64,000 nt of DNA, taken from assembly GCA_963736805.1 (NCBI GenBank), contig CAVTQM010000063.1, positions 18,324 through 82,323 of the forward strand, in the 5' to 3' direction. Below, piece by piece: positions 26,925 to 38,971 of the stretch. Origin of the DNA: an uncultured Chloroflexia bacterium (GTDB taxonomy: Bacteria; Chloroflexota; Anaerolineae; Anaerolineales; UBA4823). The notes under the pieces are model-generated. The model worked only from the letters and a program-made list of their open reading frames with translations, was not told the origin of the DNA and did not search any database. The position numbers were made by a program, and so were the translations under genes. Numbering within the stretch: position 1 is the stretch's first letter; each line of letters starts with the position of its first letter.

Positions 26925-27155
26925 TAGAAAGCCTCCTGAACTTGGTGAACTTAATTATACTGTTTTCCTACTCTTACTCAGCCCTGGCTTAGGGCAAGAT
27001 GAATGCTTCGGGAAATATTAAATCCGGGATACCAAGAAATCCTTCTGAGTAAACTTATACAGGACTTCTTCAATGGTCAAGCGTTTCAGGATGCCCTGAT
27101 CGAGCTGTGCTAAAAGGGTCTTACCCGGTCCAAGTGGAATAACAATGAGTAAGGA

Positions 27156-28100
27156 TTATTTCTTCTCGTATACCGGTGTAAGCCAATGCTGATAGCGGGG
27201 CACACGACCATGGAGAATGTCTTGAAAGAGGTGATATAAACTGGTGGTCAAAGGTCCCATCTTACCGTTACCCACTGGTCGATGGTCTACACTGGTGACT
27301 GCCGTGATTTGAGCGGCCGTTCCGGTAAGGAAGAGTTCATCACACAGGTATACTTCCGTCCGGTCCACCGGGCGTTCCAGGATGGTCAGGTTTAACTCCT
27401 GGTGTGCCATCTCGATCACACTCCGGCGAGTGATGCCTTCAAGGATATTCTCAGTGACTGGAGGGGTGATCAGTACGCCATCACGCAGCATGAAGAAATT
27501 CATCGCACTGCCTTCGGATATGTGCCCCTCCTGGGTAAGGACTAGGGCTTCATCAAACCCAGCCCGTACCGCATCCGTCTTGATAAAAGCAGAATTGGCA
27601 TATGCTCCAGAAATTTTTCCGCGTGCAGGAATGATATTATCATCCACACGCCGCCAGGAGGAGATGGTAACGCTGGCATTGGTATCATCATCGAGGTAGC
27701 GCTCAAAAGGCAGGGCGCAGATGGACAATTCCTCGTGCAGGCCGTGCAGCTTTACCCCGATCACCTCATCCGATTTATACGCCAGCGGGCGGATATAAAT
27801 ATTCTGCTGATAGCCATCCACGCGCAGTAAATCAACTGTTAATTGCGTCATGCTTGCCGGTGTATGCTCAATCTGCATACATAACAGCTTGGTGGAGTTG
27901 AGAAATCGGCGATAGTGGTCATTCGCCCGGAAGATGAAAAGCTGCTTCTGCTCTTCATTCCAATAGGCACGTATACCTCCAAATGCAGCCGTACCGTAGT
28001 TTAGAGCATGGGTTAGCATACCTACTTTAGCTTTGGAATAAGGGACAATTTTTCCCTTGAAATACGCATGCTTGGGTAGTATCACAGGTTTCGCCTCCAT
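27156..28100 (-). CDS. ilvE: Branched-chain-amino-acid aminotransferase (class IV)
   Basis: NYGTAAFGGIRAYW, then YIRPLAY, EGSAMNFFMLRDGVLITPP, GITRRSV. Start is ATG 28100 (TTG 28106 is also possible). Confidence 0.85.
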   Translation of the reverse strand: MEAKPVILPKHAYFKGKIVPYSKAKVGMLTHALNYGTAAFGGIRAYWNEEQKQLFIFRANDHYRRFLNSTKLLCMQIEHTPASMTQLTVDLLRVDGYQQNIYIRPLAYKSDEVIGVKLHGLHEELSICALPFERYLDDDTNASVTISSWRRVDDNIIPARGKISGAYANSAFIKTDAVRAGFDEALVLTQEGHISEGSAMNFFMLRDGVLITPPVTENILEGITRRSVIEMAHQELNLTILERPVDRTEVYLCDELFLTGTAAQITAVTSVDHRPVGNGKMGPLTTSLYHLFQDILHGRVPRYQHWLTPVYEKK

Positions 28101-28352
28101 GAACAACCTATTTATGCTGTCAATGTTTATAATAATTTTCCGCAGGTATTTGAATTATAATCTTTTCGACCAGAATACCAAAGATGGGAATCCATAAAGC
28201 TGCCCTGTCATAAATTTTATGCAGCTTGGTTTTTTCAATAACTGTCGAAAATATCTTGGTATCTCTACAGGTTTTATGGTGTTCTACTTCTTGTACGGCT
28301 TGAATGTTTTGTTAGCAGGAAATAACTATTCTTTCTTTCGGAGACGAATCTC

Positions 28353-29252
28353 ATGAAGCGAGCGGTCAGTATCAGCATAGGCTCTTCCAAACGGGATAAA
28401 TCCGTGGAAGTGGAACTGTTGGGGGAAAAAGTATCTATTGAACGGATAGGTACTGATGGCTCGATGGAAAAAGCCGCCTTACTTTACCAGGAGCTGGATG
28501 GCAAGGTAGATGCTTTTGGCGTAGGTGGTGCAGACCTGGGGTTAATGGTGGACAATAAGTGGTACCCACTCTATTCGGTGCAGCCCATGGTGAGATTTAT
28601 CAAGCAAACCCCCGTTGTGGATGGTACTGGATTAAAAAATACCCTGGAAAACCGTATCGTGCCATTCATGAATGGAAAAATCGGTGATTATATCAAAGAA
28701 AAAAAAGTGATGCTCACTGGCGGAGCTGACCGTTGGGGGATGACCATGTCTTTTATGGATGGTGGCTACGATTGTGTTTTTGGAGATATCATGTTCGCCT
28801 TGGGGTTGCCATTCCCGCTCCGCAGTCTTACTGCTGTGAAAAATGTTGCTGCTATCATCATGCCCATCGCAGGCAGGTTGCCTTTCGAGTGGGTATACCC
28901 GACGGGTGAGAAGCAGGAAAAACGGATCCCCAAGTGGGGAAAGTATTATCAGTGGGCAACCGTAATTGCTGGTGATTGCCATTACATTAAGCGTCATATG
29001 CCAGACCGGTTGGAAGGGAAAGTCATCGTGACCAATACCACGACACCAGAGGATGTGGAGACTTTCCAAAGGGTAGGCGTCAAGTATTTAATCACTTCGT
29101 CACCCGCATTAGAGGGGCGGTCATTTGGGACGAATGTAATCGAAGCAGCGCTGGTTGCTGTCTCTGGAAAAGGTCGCAAATTGACCCATGCTGAGCTGAG
29201 CCAAATGCTGGATCAGCTAAATATGCAACCCCAGCTCCAGGTGTTGAATTGA
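28353..29252 (+). CDS. Conserved protein of unknown function (family often auto-annotated as quinate 5-dehydrogenase-like)
   Basis: Intact 299-aa ORF with GGAGA upstream. The functional label rests on my recollection only and is not supported by motifs. Confidence 0.45.
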   Translation: MKRAVSISIGSSKRDKSVEVELLGEKVSIERIGTDGSMEKAALLYQELDGKVDAFGVGGADLGLMVDNKWYPLYSVQPMVRFIKQTPVVDGTGLKNTLENRIVPFMNGKIGDYIKEKKVMLTGGADRWGMTMSFMDGGYDCVFGDIMFALGLPFPLRSLTAVKNVAAIIMPIAGRLPFEWVYPTGEKQEKRIPKWGKYYQWATVIAGDCHYIKRHMPDRLEGKVIVTNTTTPEDVETFQRVGVKYLITSSPALEGRSFGTNVIEAALVAVSGKGRKLTHAELSQMLDQLNMQPQLQVLN

Positions 29253-29296
29253 GCTTGTTCGTAGGTAATATAACGATAATAATTAGGAGGTGACCG

Positions 29297-30072
29297 ATGG
29301 ATGCAGTCGTTATAGCAGGAGGCATCCCACAACCGGATGAGCTCTTATACCCATACACTCAAGGAAAATCTAAAGCGATGTTGGATATCTGCGGCAAGCC
29401 CATGGTGCAGTGGGTGTTGGATGCCTTAGGTGCAGCAGAACGTGTGGAGAATATAGTTTTGATCGGCTTGACCGAGGAAAGCGGCCTCACCTGCACAAAA
29501 TCGCTCTCATTTATCCCCAACAAGCTCAGCATGATCGAAAATATTATCGGCGGAATCAACAAGGTGCTTGAGATTCACCCATCTGCCACTCATGTGCTGC
29601 TGGTATCCTCAGATATCCCTGCCATTACCCCTGAAATGGTAGACTGGGAAGTCGATACCTCTCTCAAAACGGATGTAGACCTGTGCTATAACATCATTAA
29701 ACGGGAAGTGGTCGAAGCACGCTACCCTGGTTCAAAACGTACTTTCACCAGACTGAAAGGTATGCAGGTGTGTAGTGGTGATATGAATGTGGTTCACACC
29801 TCCGTGGTCTCAGCAAATCCGGAAATCTGGGAGAAATTAGTGGCTGCGCGCAGAATCCCATCAAGCAGGCAGCCATTATCGGCTTTGATGTCTTGCTATT
29901 GGCTTTGCTTGGCTTGATCACGGTGGATCAGACGGTGCAAAAAGCAACCGCACGCCTGCACATGACCGGAGCGGCGATCATGTGCCCCTATGCCGAGGTT
30001 GGCATGGATGTGGATAAACCGGTTCAGCTTGAAATCATGCGCGCCGACTTGGCGAAGCAGGTGAAGCATTGA
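29297..30072 (+). CDS. MobA-like NTP-transferase-domain protein (nucleotidyltransferase); one frame disruption near 29860
   Basis: AGGAGG upstream. MDAVVIAGGIPQPDELLYPYTQGKSKAMLDICGKPMVQWVLD. The C-terminus continues in another frame (...AAIIGFDVLLLALLGLITVDQ...[11 protein letters not shown]). Confidence 0.65.
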
Positions 30073-30589
30073 TCGAGATGGATGAGCGCATTTCTGAGCA
30101 GATGCGGATTGCTGAGAGACCTGGACCGCTGCGCACACTGGCAGCGGTTTTGGCGCATTCAGGGGATTTCCTGGTTTTGGTTGGCGGGACTGGGTTTAGT
30201 TTGGTGGTTGGGATCGGATTACTGGAAGGAGAGGGCGGTCATCTTGATTGTTTCCATCCTGCTAACAGCGTTGATTGTATTTGGTTGTCAAGTTTACCGT
30301 ACGGCGAAAGCGGCCAGAGGGCGAATGGGGCAAGTTTTACCGTAGCACTGATCCACACTCCTTCCCCTCCGGGCATGCTGTGAGGGCGGTGATGTTGGCT
30401 GTCATCATGCTTGGGCTTGGTCCTGTGTGGCTTGGATTATTGTTGCTGATTTGGGCACCCCTGGTTGGCCTTGCCCGCGTAGCCATGGGAGTGCATTATT
30501 TATCGGATGTGTTGGCGGGGATGATTCTGGGATTGCTGATTGGGATTGCAGTGCTGCTAATTATCCAGGCGGGAATATTACCCATATAA
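30069..30589 (+). CDS. PAP2-family phosphatase (membrane); two frame disruptions
   Basis: PAP2 motifs [18 protein letters not shown] and [13 protein letters not shown] lie in the last fragment. The N-terminal TM segments are in two other frames. Confidence 0.65.
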
Positions 30590-31511
30590 TTTCCGGTGTA
30601 CGATGCTCAGCTCGCGCACCTGCTCAGAAGCATGATATGAAGATCGTACAAGCGGTCCGCTCTCAACCCACTGAAAACCGATCCTCGATCCATAATCCTT
30701 GAGTCTCGGCAAATTCATCCAGGGTGTAGTAGCGTTCAATCGGCAGGTGTTTTTTACTGGGCTGGAGATACTGCCCAACCGTCAGGATATCCACTCCCCA
30801 GCTGCGTTGTTGGCGCATCACTTCCTTGATCTCATCCATGCTTTCTCCCAACCCCACCATGATGCCAGATTTGGTCAGTACTTCTGGATCCAGTCTCTTG
30901 GCGTTGCTCAGAGTAGCGGCTGCCCATTCAAAGCGGTCTTGTGGTTGAACCTGTTTGAATAAACGTGGAACAGTCTCCACATTGTGGTTGAGAATTTCAG
31001 GACGGGCAGACATGACGATTTGGAGTGCTTCGAGTGAGCCTTTAAAATCGGGGACCAGCACTTCGATAGAGCAGCCTGGATGAAGCTCGCGAATACGCCG
31101 TATGACCATGGCAAAGATTGGCGCGCCTCCATCGCGGCGGTCATCCCGGTTGACGCTGGTTATCACGGCATGTTTGAGTTCCATGGCTTTCACTGCCTGG
31201 GCAACCCGATCTGGCTCAAGCCAGTCGACCAATGAGGGTTTACCGCGTTTGATATCGCAGAAGCCACACGTGCGTGTGCAGATATCACCCAACATCAGAA
31301 AGGTGGCGGTCCCGGCGCCCCAACATTCACCCATATTGGGACACATGGCTTCCTCACACACAGTGTGAAGCGCTTTTTTACGCATCAAACCTTGCAGCCG
31401 CTGGTAGGTGTCACCCGAGGGCGCTCGCACCTTGATCCAATCCGGGCGGCGTAAGGGGGTGGTGGGTATTTTTTCGGGGTCAACCCGGTCACGGGTGGGC
31501 TTGAAAGACAT
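30578..31511 (-). CDS. lipA: Lipoyl synthase; one frame disruption near 30700
   Basis: Cluster motifs [12 protein letters not shown] and CTRTCGFC. The C-terminal [17 protein letters not shown] lies in the ORF 30578..30778 frame. Confidence 0.85.
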
Positions 31512-31801
31512 CGTGGTCGTAATTAGTAATTAGTGATTAATTGGGTTGGGTTGAGTGAGAGGTGTTTGCGACGAAACCTTGCGAACATAGGGAACTAGAC
31601 AAGTGCGAAACCCAACAACAATAACATCTCCATGCATATGAAGATCACAGGTGTAAATTTTACTCTAAAATTGCAGATGTTTAGGCTCGGGGATTTCGAT
31701 TCATACGAATTCTTAATTTATTTGTTTCGATGGATATTTTTATTACAAAACGGTAAGGTGTAAAATTAGACGGCAGGTATTCGTCTGAAAATGAAAGAGA
31801 C

Positions 31802-32500
31802 ATGGGGCAAATGAAAATATTGCGCGTGGTTACGTTCTGTGCCTTTACAGGGCTACTTTATTTTGGTGTCCCTTTACTCGGCTGGGGACTGGATGACCTG
31901 CCAGGATATTTCTCCAATCCAGCTCGCTTTGGGTATGCTGTGCTGGTTGGCTTGTTCAGCCTGGCTGTTGGGATCCAGGCATTTGACTCCACAGAGGGGA
32001 TCAGGGGACGAAAAGGCGAGGCAGGCAAATTTGTTTTTCGCCAACGGATCGTCCGGGTGGTGCTGGTGCTTTCGTTGTATATCGCACTTTTCTTCATCCC
32101 TTTCTTTGATCGGCATGCAATTGGTGTTTTTAATGATGGAAGCCTGGCGCGTTGGTTGGGGATTGTATTATCTGCCCTAGGATTTAGCCTGGTTTTTTGG
32201 TCGGGCTTGGCTTTGGGAAGACAATATAGTGCGGATGTGACCATCCAAAAGGAGCATCACCTGATCACTTCAGGTGTTTACCGGCTTATCCGCCATCCGC
32301 GTTATCTGGGGGTGATTACCTTATCAACCGGCGTATCGTGTGTATTTCGATCATGGATCGGACTGCTTGCAAGCCTGTTTTTCTTTGCTGTGCTTATTTT
32401 TCGAATCAGGGATGAGGAAGCGACGATGCATAAGGAGTTTGGCATGCAGTGGGAAGCATATTGCAAGCACTCATGGCGATTAATTCCATATATTTACTAA
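31802..32500 (+). CDS. Isoprenylcysteine carboxyl methyltransferase (ICMT/PEMT)-family membrane protein
   Basis: Multi-TM protein. HHLITSGVYRLIRHPRYLG, then IRDEEATMHKEFGMQWEAY. Confidence 0.75.
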   Translation: MGQMKILRVVTFCAFTGLLYFGVPLLGWGLDDLPGYFSNPARFGYAVLVGLFSLAVGIQAFDSTEGIRGRKGEAGKFVFRQRIVRVVLVLSLYIALFFIPFFDRHAIGVFNDGSLARWLGIVLSALGFSLVFWSGLALGRQYSADVTIQKEHHLITSGVYRLIRHPRYLGVITLSTGVSCVFRSWIGLLASLFFFAVLIFRIRDEEATMHKEFGMQWEAYCKHSWRLIPYIY

Positions 32501-32536
32501 TGAGATTTTAAAGAATTGCTCAGACAGGAAGGTAAT

Positions 32537-33693
32537 ATGCAAAAAAATTCAATATTGATCCTGGGTGGGTATGGGAATACTGGCAAAGCGTTGGCTCGCT
32601 TGCTTTTGCAGGAGACTGATGCACAACTCGTACTGGCAGGTCGGAATATTGGCAAAGCACAACAGTTTGCGGATGAATTGAATAAAACGGTTGGTGTTAA
32701 CAGGGTGTGCGGAATTTTTGCAGATGCTTCCGATTCCGCCAGTCTAAGGAAGGCATTCACTGGGATGGGTATCGTTGTTATGGCTTCCTCAACCACCCAG
32801 AATTGCCGCCAGGTGGCTGAAATAGCCTTGGAAGCCCGGTCAGGTTACCTGGATATTCAATATTCAAACCAGAAGATTGCCCTGCTCAAATCAATGGCAG
32901 CTGAGATTCAACAGGTCGGTTGTTGTTTTATCACCGATGGCGGTTTTCATCCTGGATTGCCAGCATTATTAGTTCGATTTGTCGCCCAGTATTTTGACCA
33001 ATTGCTGACTGCCAGGGTGGGTAGTGTGATCAAGGAAGATTGGAAGAGCCTCGAGGTTGGGGATTCCACCGTGGTTGAACTGATCGAGCTCATGGATGAT
33101 TTTGAGATGTCAGCCTTCAGAGCTGGTAAGTGGAAGAAAGCTAGTTTATTCGGTATGTCAGACTATTTAAAAATGGATTTTGGGGTTGAATTCGGAAAAC
33201 AGTTTTGCGCCCCCATGATGCTGGAGGAGATGCGCTCGCTTCCGCAATTGTTCCCTTCCCTAAAAGAAACAGGTTTTTATGTAGGCAGCTTCAATGGATT
33301 TACCGATTGGGTTATCATGCCGATTGCGCTGGTTGCCATGAAACTTTTTCCACGGCAAGCAAAACGACCGATGGCTCGCTGGATGCACTGGGGCTTGAAT
33401 ACATTCTCAAAGCCACCCTATGGCACGTTGTTAAAAGGTCGAGGCCAGTGGAGTGAAAGACAGCCAGGACACGCGCGATGGAGATTACCATTGCCCACCC
33501 GGATGGATACATGTTTACTGCCATCCCGGTGGCAGCCTGCCTGCTGCAATACCTGGATGGATCGATTGCCCAGCCGGGTTTGTGGTTACAGGCTCATATC
33601 GTTGAGCCCAACCGCTTCTTGAGCGATATGCAGCGCATGGGGATCTCGTTACACACCTCCAAGGGAGACAGCCATGAAATGGAACAGGAATGA
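32537..33693 (+). CDS. Saccharopine-dehydrogenase-like NAD(P)-binding protein; one frame disruption near 33440-33480
   Basis: Rossmann motif [18 protein letters not shown] from ATG 32537. The C-terminus continues in the frame of ORF 33478..33693. Confidence 0.65.
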
Positions 33694-34300
33694 GATAAAC
33701 CGTCTCTTGCCCATATTGGAACAGTTATCTTTCGACCTGGCTCCGGTGGATGGAAAAAATATCCTCGTTCTATGCAGTGCCACCGGTGAGGTAGCCTTCT
33801 GGTTGGGCGAGATGATGGAGCAGGGTCTGGTAGTTGGCCTGGAGCTTGATCCGGAAACCCTGAATATAGCCCGCCGGTCTGTACACGAGATGGGCCTGGA
33901 ACAGGTAGTACAATTTTTACCTGCTGAGAAGGACAGGATTGCCTTGCCTGATTCAAGTTATGATGCCCTGGTGAGTGAATTCATCGTCTACCCGACCTCA
34001 ATGCCTATTAAAATCGGGCAGGCTGAGATGGCACGCCTGCTGAAACCGGGAGGAAAATTAATTTTAACCGATGTGATTGCAACCCAGCCACTTCCAGGCC
34101 ATGTGCGCCAGGACCTTGCCGCGATCGGATTGGATTATATTTGTGATGCTACCCTTGAAGACTTTCGCAGCTGGATGACTGAGGCAGGGTTGATCAATAT
34201 CGAAGTAACACGACCTGACATCTACCGTGAAGATGGTTTGGGAGGAGATCGGATTCCGATTTGGCAATTTCTCATCAGGCAGGCTATTCATACCTGCTGA
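33674..34300 (+). CDS. Class I SAM-dependent methyltransferase
   Basis: Motif I-like [16 protein letters not shown] and post-[16 protein letters not shown]. Confidence 0.65.
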   Translation: MKWNRNEINRLLPILEQLSFDLAPVDGKNILVLCSATGEVAFWLGEMMEQGLVVGLELDPETLNIARRSVHEMGLEQVVQFLPAEKDRIALPDSSYDALVSEFIVYPTSMPIKIGQAEMARLLKPGGKLILTDVIATQPLPGHVRQDLAAIGLDYICDATLEDFRSWMTEAGLINIEVTRPDIYREDGLGGDRIPIWQFLIRQAIHTC

Positions 34301-34433
34301 ATGGTCCCCAGGCTGGATTGGGAAAATCAATCTTTTACATCTATGCGTCTGGGGAAAAACCAAAAAACTGGCTGGATGGTAGGAATAAAGCTGAGGAATT
34401 ACCAGGAGATATTTTTATTGGGAGATCAAGCAA

Positions 34434-36291
34434 ATGACTGAAAACACGTTTCTGCACCAATTGATGACTTTACCCACCGTCCTGGAGGGCAGGCTGTCGC
34501 CGGATAAGCGTTGGGTGGCATTCACCTGGTATCGTTTCCACGAAAATATCGATGTTTTTCTCGTGCCTTCGGATGGCTCGCAGCCTCCCATTCCCCTTGA
34601 CCCATACTCCCGAAGCTACCGAGCTGTGAGTTGGACACCCGATTTACAGGCGGTTATCGTCTCTGAAGATCATGATGGGGATGAATATTCTCGCCTGTTT
34701 CGTGTGGACATTGGTCAACCCTTGCACATGCTCCCGCTAACAGAAGATCGCCCGGCATACTTTATCCGAGGCGGTATGCTACATCCGAATGGAAGGCACC
34801 TCTTCTACGGGGCAAATTTTGACTTTGAACAAGGAAAACTGATCGATCCGACCTGGTTATACCGGCATGATTTGATCTCAGGGGAACATGTTACCATTGC
34901 CCGTCCATCCATCCCCAATTGGCTGGTGCCACAGCTGAACCGCTTGGGAACGGATCTCAATTTACTCCCGGCGAGGTCAGAACCCCTCTGGCAGGCAGGT
35001 GTGGCTGGTGGATGTGGATGGTAGTCAGGATAAGGAAATTCTCAACTTTGGCGATCAGGTAAAAGTTACTGCAGATTGGCACCCGGATGGAGAGCACATC
35101 GTCTTCTTGAGTGAATCCACAGGCAAAGGACCACAGGATCACTTCAGCCTGGGTGTGTATCATTGGCCTACCCAGAGCACGCGTTGGCTGATAGATGACC
35201 CATCCCGGGTAATTGAGAATGATTGGGTCACCCGAGATGGCCTGGTGGTGGTTGACGAAGTGAAGGATGCTAACCACCTGACCACGTTCCTGGATATTAA
35301 ATCTGGAAAAGAGACTTGCTTCCCGCGCCTGCCAGGTAACCTGTTGCCGATTGGTCAGGCACCGGATGGGGTACCTGGATTGCCCTGTATTATTCGTCAA
35401 CTCATCCTGAAGAGCTGGTCCGGGTTCCCCTGGATGCCAAAAGGCCGGATGATCTCGGGATCCTTAACGAGGGTTTGGGAGCACACCAGCCTTTCTCCTG
35501 CACAGCTCACGCCTGCACAGGATTTCCGCTGGAAATCAGAAGATGGTTTACCGATTCAGGGTTGGTTGTATCAGGCACAGCCTAACTTAAAAAAGGCTAT
35601 TGTGTATGTACATGGGGGTCCAAGCTGGCATAGTGAGAACTGGATCAACCCTCAAATCCAATATTATGTTCAAGGGGGCTTTAACGTGCTGGATGTGAAT
35701 TACCGGGGCAGCACAGGGTTTGGCTTGAAGTATCGCCTGTCCATCAAGGAGGATGGTTGGGGCGGCCGTGAGCAGGTGGATATTGCCAGTGGAGCACTGG
35801 CACTGGTCCAGGCAGGGCTGGCAGATAAGGGAAAATTGGGGTAACGGGGACTCCTATGGAGGCGACAGCGCCTGGTACCTGCTTACTCATTATCCTCAGG
35901 AAATCTTTAAAGCTGCTGCTCCTATTTGTGGCATGACCGACCTGGTGGTGGATTACAACACAACCCGCCCTGATCTGCGCCCATTGAGCGAGGAGATGAT
36001 GGAGGTCGACCTGACCAGGTGCCGGAGCGCTATCATGAGCGCTCTCCGATCAATTTCGTTCAGGATATTCGTGGAAAGTTGTTCATCATCCAGGGTGCCC
36101 TTGACCCGAACGTCACCCCTGAAAATGTGCACCAGGTGCGGGAGAAGCTGGAGCAGATAAGATTCCCTACCAGCTATTGGTCTTTGACGATGAAGGGCAT
36201 GGAATTCACAAACCAGCCAACCAGGAAATATTGTATACTAGGCTGGCTGATTTCTTTGAGCAAGAGTCAAAGGATAAAATTTTATGCCTAA
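34434..36291 (+). pseudogene. S9-family serine peptidase (prolyl oligopeptidase / acylaminoacyl-peptidase type); at least 3 frame disruptions in this assembly
   Basis: Four collinear fragments. Beta-propeller N-terminal half, nucleophile elbow GDSYGG, and C-terminal QGALDPNV...HEF-like segment. Confidence 0.7.
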
Positions 36292-36990
36292 TATTTTGGT
36301 TGTTGAAGACGATACCTCACTGCGTGAGACATTAACATATAATTTTTTTACGACAGGATTATAGTGTACAGGCAGTCGGTGATGGTCGTGACCGCCTGGA
36401 AACAGCTCGGAATATCTGATCCTGCCGGGTCTGCTGACCTGATGCTGCCCGGGATGGATGGTTTTGAAGTATGCCGTATCCTGCGCCAGGAGTATGAATA
36501 TCCCCATCCTGATCTTGACTGCCCGCGATGACGAGATTGATCGGGTGATTGGCTTGAAATTGGAGCGGATGACTACATCACCAAGCCCTTCAGCATGCGG
36601 GAGTTAATGGCCCGCGTGAAAGCTCACCTGCGGCGGGTCGCCTCATTCGCCAGGAGGTCGAGTGCAACTCAAGAAGTGACCTCACATGAGATACTCACCT
36701 TTGGAAACCTGACTATAGATCTCTTCAGGCGCGGGGTTTCGCCGGATGGGATGCCCCTTGCTTTAAAACCGAAGGAATATGACCTGCTGATTTTCCTTGC
36801 ACAGCATCCAAGGCAGGCGCTTTCACGCCAGTTCCTGCTTGAAGGCGTGTGGGGACGGGAATTTGGTGGTGGCACCCGCACGGTGGATGTACACGTGCAT
36901 TGGTTGCGTGTAAAGATTGAAATCGACCCGTCTAAACCAAAGCGGATTGTCACCATGCATGGTTCTGGATATCGATTTAAGGATGATGGA
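36284..36990 (+). pseudogene. OmpR/PhoB-type response regulator; several frame disruptions (one at the T7 run 36344-36350); 3' end uncertain
   Basis: [48 protein letters not shown] and DDYITKPFSMRELMARVKAHLRR are found across three frames. The winged-helix part LTIDLFRR...TRTVDVHVHWLRVKIE...GSGYRF is intact. Confidence 0.75.
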
Positions 36991-36991
36991 T

Positions 36992-38736
36992 ATGTTCCGT
37001 TCCATTCGTTGGCGTATTGCCCTACCTTATGTTGGATTGATCCTGATCACCATGCTGGCTTTGGGTGTATATCTCTCAAGTTTCCTTAAACAAACTTATA
37101 TAAGTGATCTGGAGTCAAAGCTTACGGATGAAGCCCGCATGATCGGGGACATCATCATCACCAGATTTGCAAACCGATGGAGCACTCCCAAACCTCGATC
37201 AACAAGTCAGACATTGGGCTGATGTCCTTGATGTGACGATCATTGCTCCAGACGGTTCAGTCTGGGGAGAATTGGATGAAGACCGGGCAGAGATGACCAA
37301 TCACAGTGATCGCCCTGAAGTGATACAGGCACTATCTACTGTGTAGGCAGCAGCAGCCGTTTCAGTCACACACTCGGTTATGACATGCTATATACCGCAG
37401 TCAGGGTTAAATAATAATGAAAAAGTTCTGGCGCTAGTACGGATTGCATTGCCCCTTCAACAGGTGTCCGCTAATCTTGCCCATCTCCAGCGCATAATGA
37501 TTGCTGCCACTGTGGTGGTGACGCTCCTCGCAGTACTTCTCGCAACACTGATTGCAGGTCGAATTCCACGACCGGTACGTGACCTGACCCAGGCTGCCTG
37601 GCAGCTGGCATCTATAAATCCAGACGACCACCGATCTTACCGAATCAGGATGAGATTTCCCAGTTAGAAAGTGTGTTCAATTACATGTCAGCTCGATTGA
37701 GCGGTGAGATCAAGGATCTAATAAAGAGCGCGCCACTTTGGAAGCGGTATTACAAAAAATGACCGATGGTGTTTTATTGTGGATGCCATGGGGTAATATT
37801 CAACTGATCAATCAAGCAGCTGAAAAAATGTTTTTAATTTCCAGATCATCCTCACTCCAGAAGCCCTTGATTGAAGTGGTAAAACATCATACACCGGTGG
37901 AAATGTGGCAACGTTGTCGAGATCTGGGGGAAATCCAGAATATTGATTTTGAAATCTGGCAACCGGCTGTCATTACAAGGAATCGCCACCTCCCTGAGCC
38001 CGGTAATTTCAGGTTCCACCCTTCTTCTTTTTCAGGATATGACCCGTCAAAGACAGATTGAAACCATGCGCCGTGATTTTATTAGCAACGTCTCACATGA
38101 ACTGCGTACACCCCGGCGGTGTCTAAAGCTCTCACTGAAACCCTTCAAGGTGGTGCCGGAAAGACCTGCCTGCCGCGCATAGGTTTTTAGAGCAGATGGA
38201 GACCGAGGTGGATTCGCTCAGCCTGATGGTCAGTGAACTGCTAGAGCTCTCCCGTATTGAGTCCGGGCGTGTGCCTCTCAAACTGGCATCCACCAAACCT
38301 ATTGATATTGTTAACCCGGCATTTGAGCGTTTATGTTTGCAGGCAGAGCGTGCTGGTCTTTCCATCACCATGGATTGTCCCGCTGATTTGCCTCCTGCGC
38401 TGGCGGATGCCACCCGGGTGCAGCAGGTGGTGGTCAATTTACTGCACAATGCCATCAAATTTACCCCCTCGGGTGGACAGGTGACCGTGCGTGCAATGCT
38501 ACAGGAGCATGTAATTCGTTTCAGTGTCACGGATACTGGTATTGGTATCGCTGCACAGAACCTGTCGCGGATCTTTGAGTGTTTTTATAAAGTCGATCGT
38601 TCACGTGCCACCAGTGGAACCGGCTTGGGTCTGGCAATTGCTCGTCACCTGGTGGAGGTCCACTGGGGGAAGGATATGGGTGGAGAGTGAGGTAAGCCTG
38701 GGCACCACTTTTTATTTCACCATTCCACTTGCATAA
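36992..38736 (+). pseudogene. PhoR-like sensor histidine kinase (TM-sensor-HAMP-PAS-HisKA-HATPase); many frame disruptions
   Basis: MFRSIRWRIALPYVGLILITMLALGVY. H-box RRDFISNVSHELRTP. N/G boxes LLHNAIKFTP and DTGIGI...GTGLGLAIARHLVE. Ends GGRIWVESEVSLGTTFYFTIPLA. Confidence 0.75.
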
Positions 38737-38755
38737 TCAAAGCCATTAATATTTA

Positions 38756-38789
38756 GCCCGCAGGTCAGCCCGTGGGCATTTTTGTTTTT
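38756..38789 (+). terminator. Terminator candidate after the kinase gene
   Basis: GCCCGC (38756-38761) pairs with GTGGGC (38772-38777, one G-U pair), followed by ATTTTTGTTTTT. Confidence 0.5.
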
Positions 38790-38840
38790 ATAGTTCAGAA
38801 TGATCTTACAACCCCTGAGGCGCTCATCTGAATTCTAACG

Positions 38841-38914
38841 TTACATTTGTTATTAACAATACGATTACAAATCAATTGTAATTTCTTAACTAAACATTGT
38901 CTGAACGTTAAACA
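38841..38914 (+). promoter_or_regulatory. Array of ~11-bp-phased TT(A/G)(A)CA-like hexamers (Pho-box-like) upstream of pstS
   Basis: TTACAT 38841, TTAACA 38853, TTACAA 38865, TTGTAA 38876, TTAACT 38886, TTGTCT 38897, TTAAAC 38908. The spacings are 12, 12, 11, 10, 11 and 11 bp. Confidence 0.55.
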
Positions 38915-38971
38915 ACCAGAGTATCCTTCAATAATGAAAAAGATAAGAATTATTATTTGGAGGAAAAAGAA

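Noticed and set aside
27018-27155. An in-frame 45-codon extension after the ilvE TAA stop (SLLIVIPLGPGKTLLAQLDQGILKRLTIEEVLYKF...) containing a GPGKT-like string.
   Set aside because: It has no start codon of its own and nothing suggests stop-codon read-through. It is probably a gene remnant or chance.
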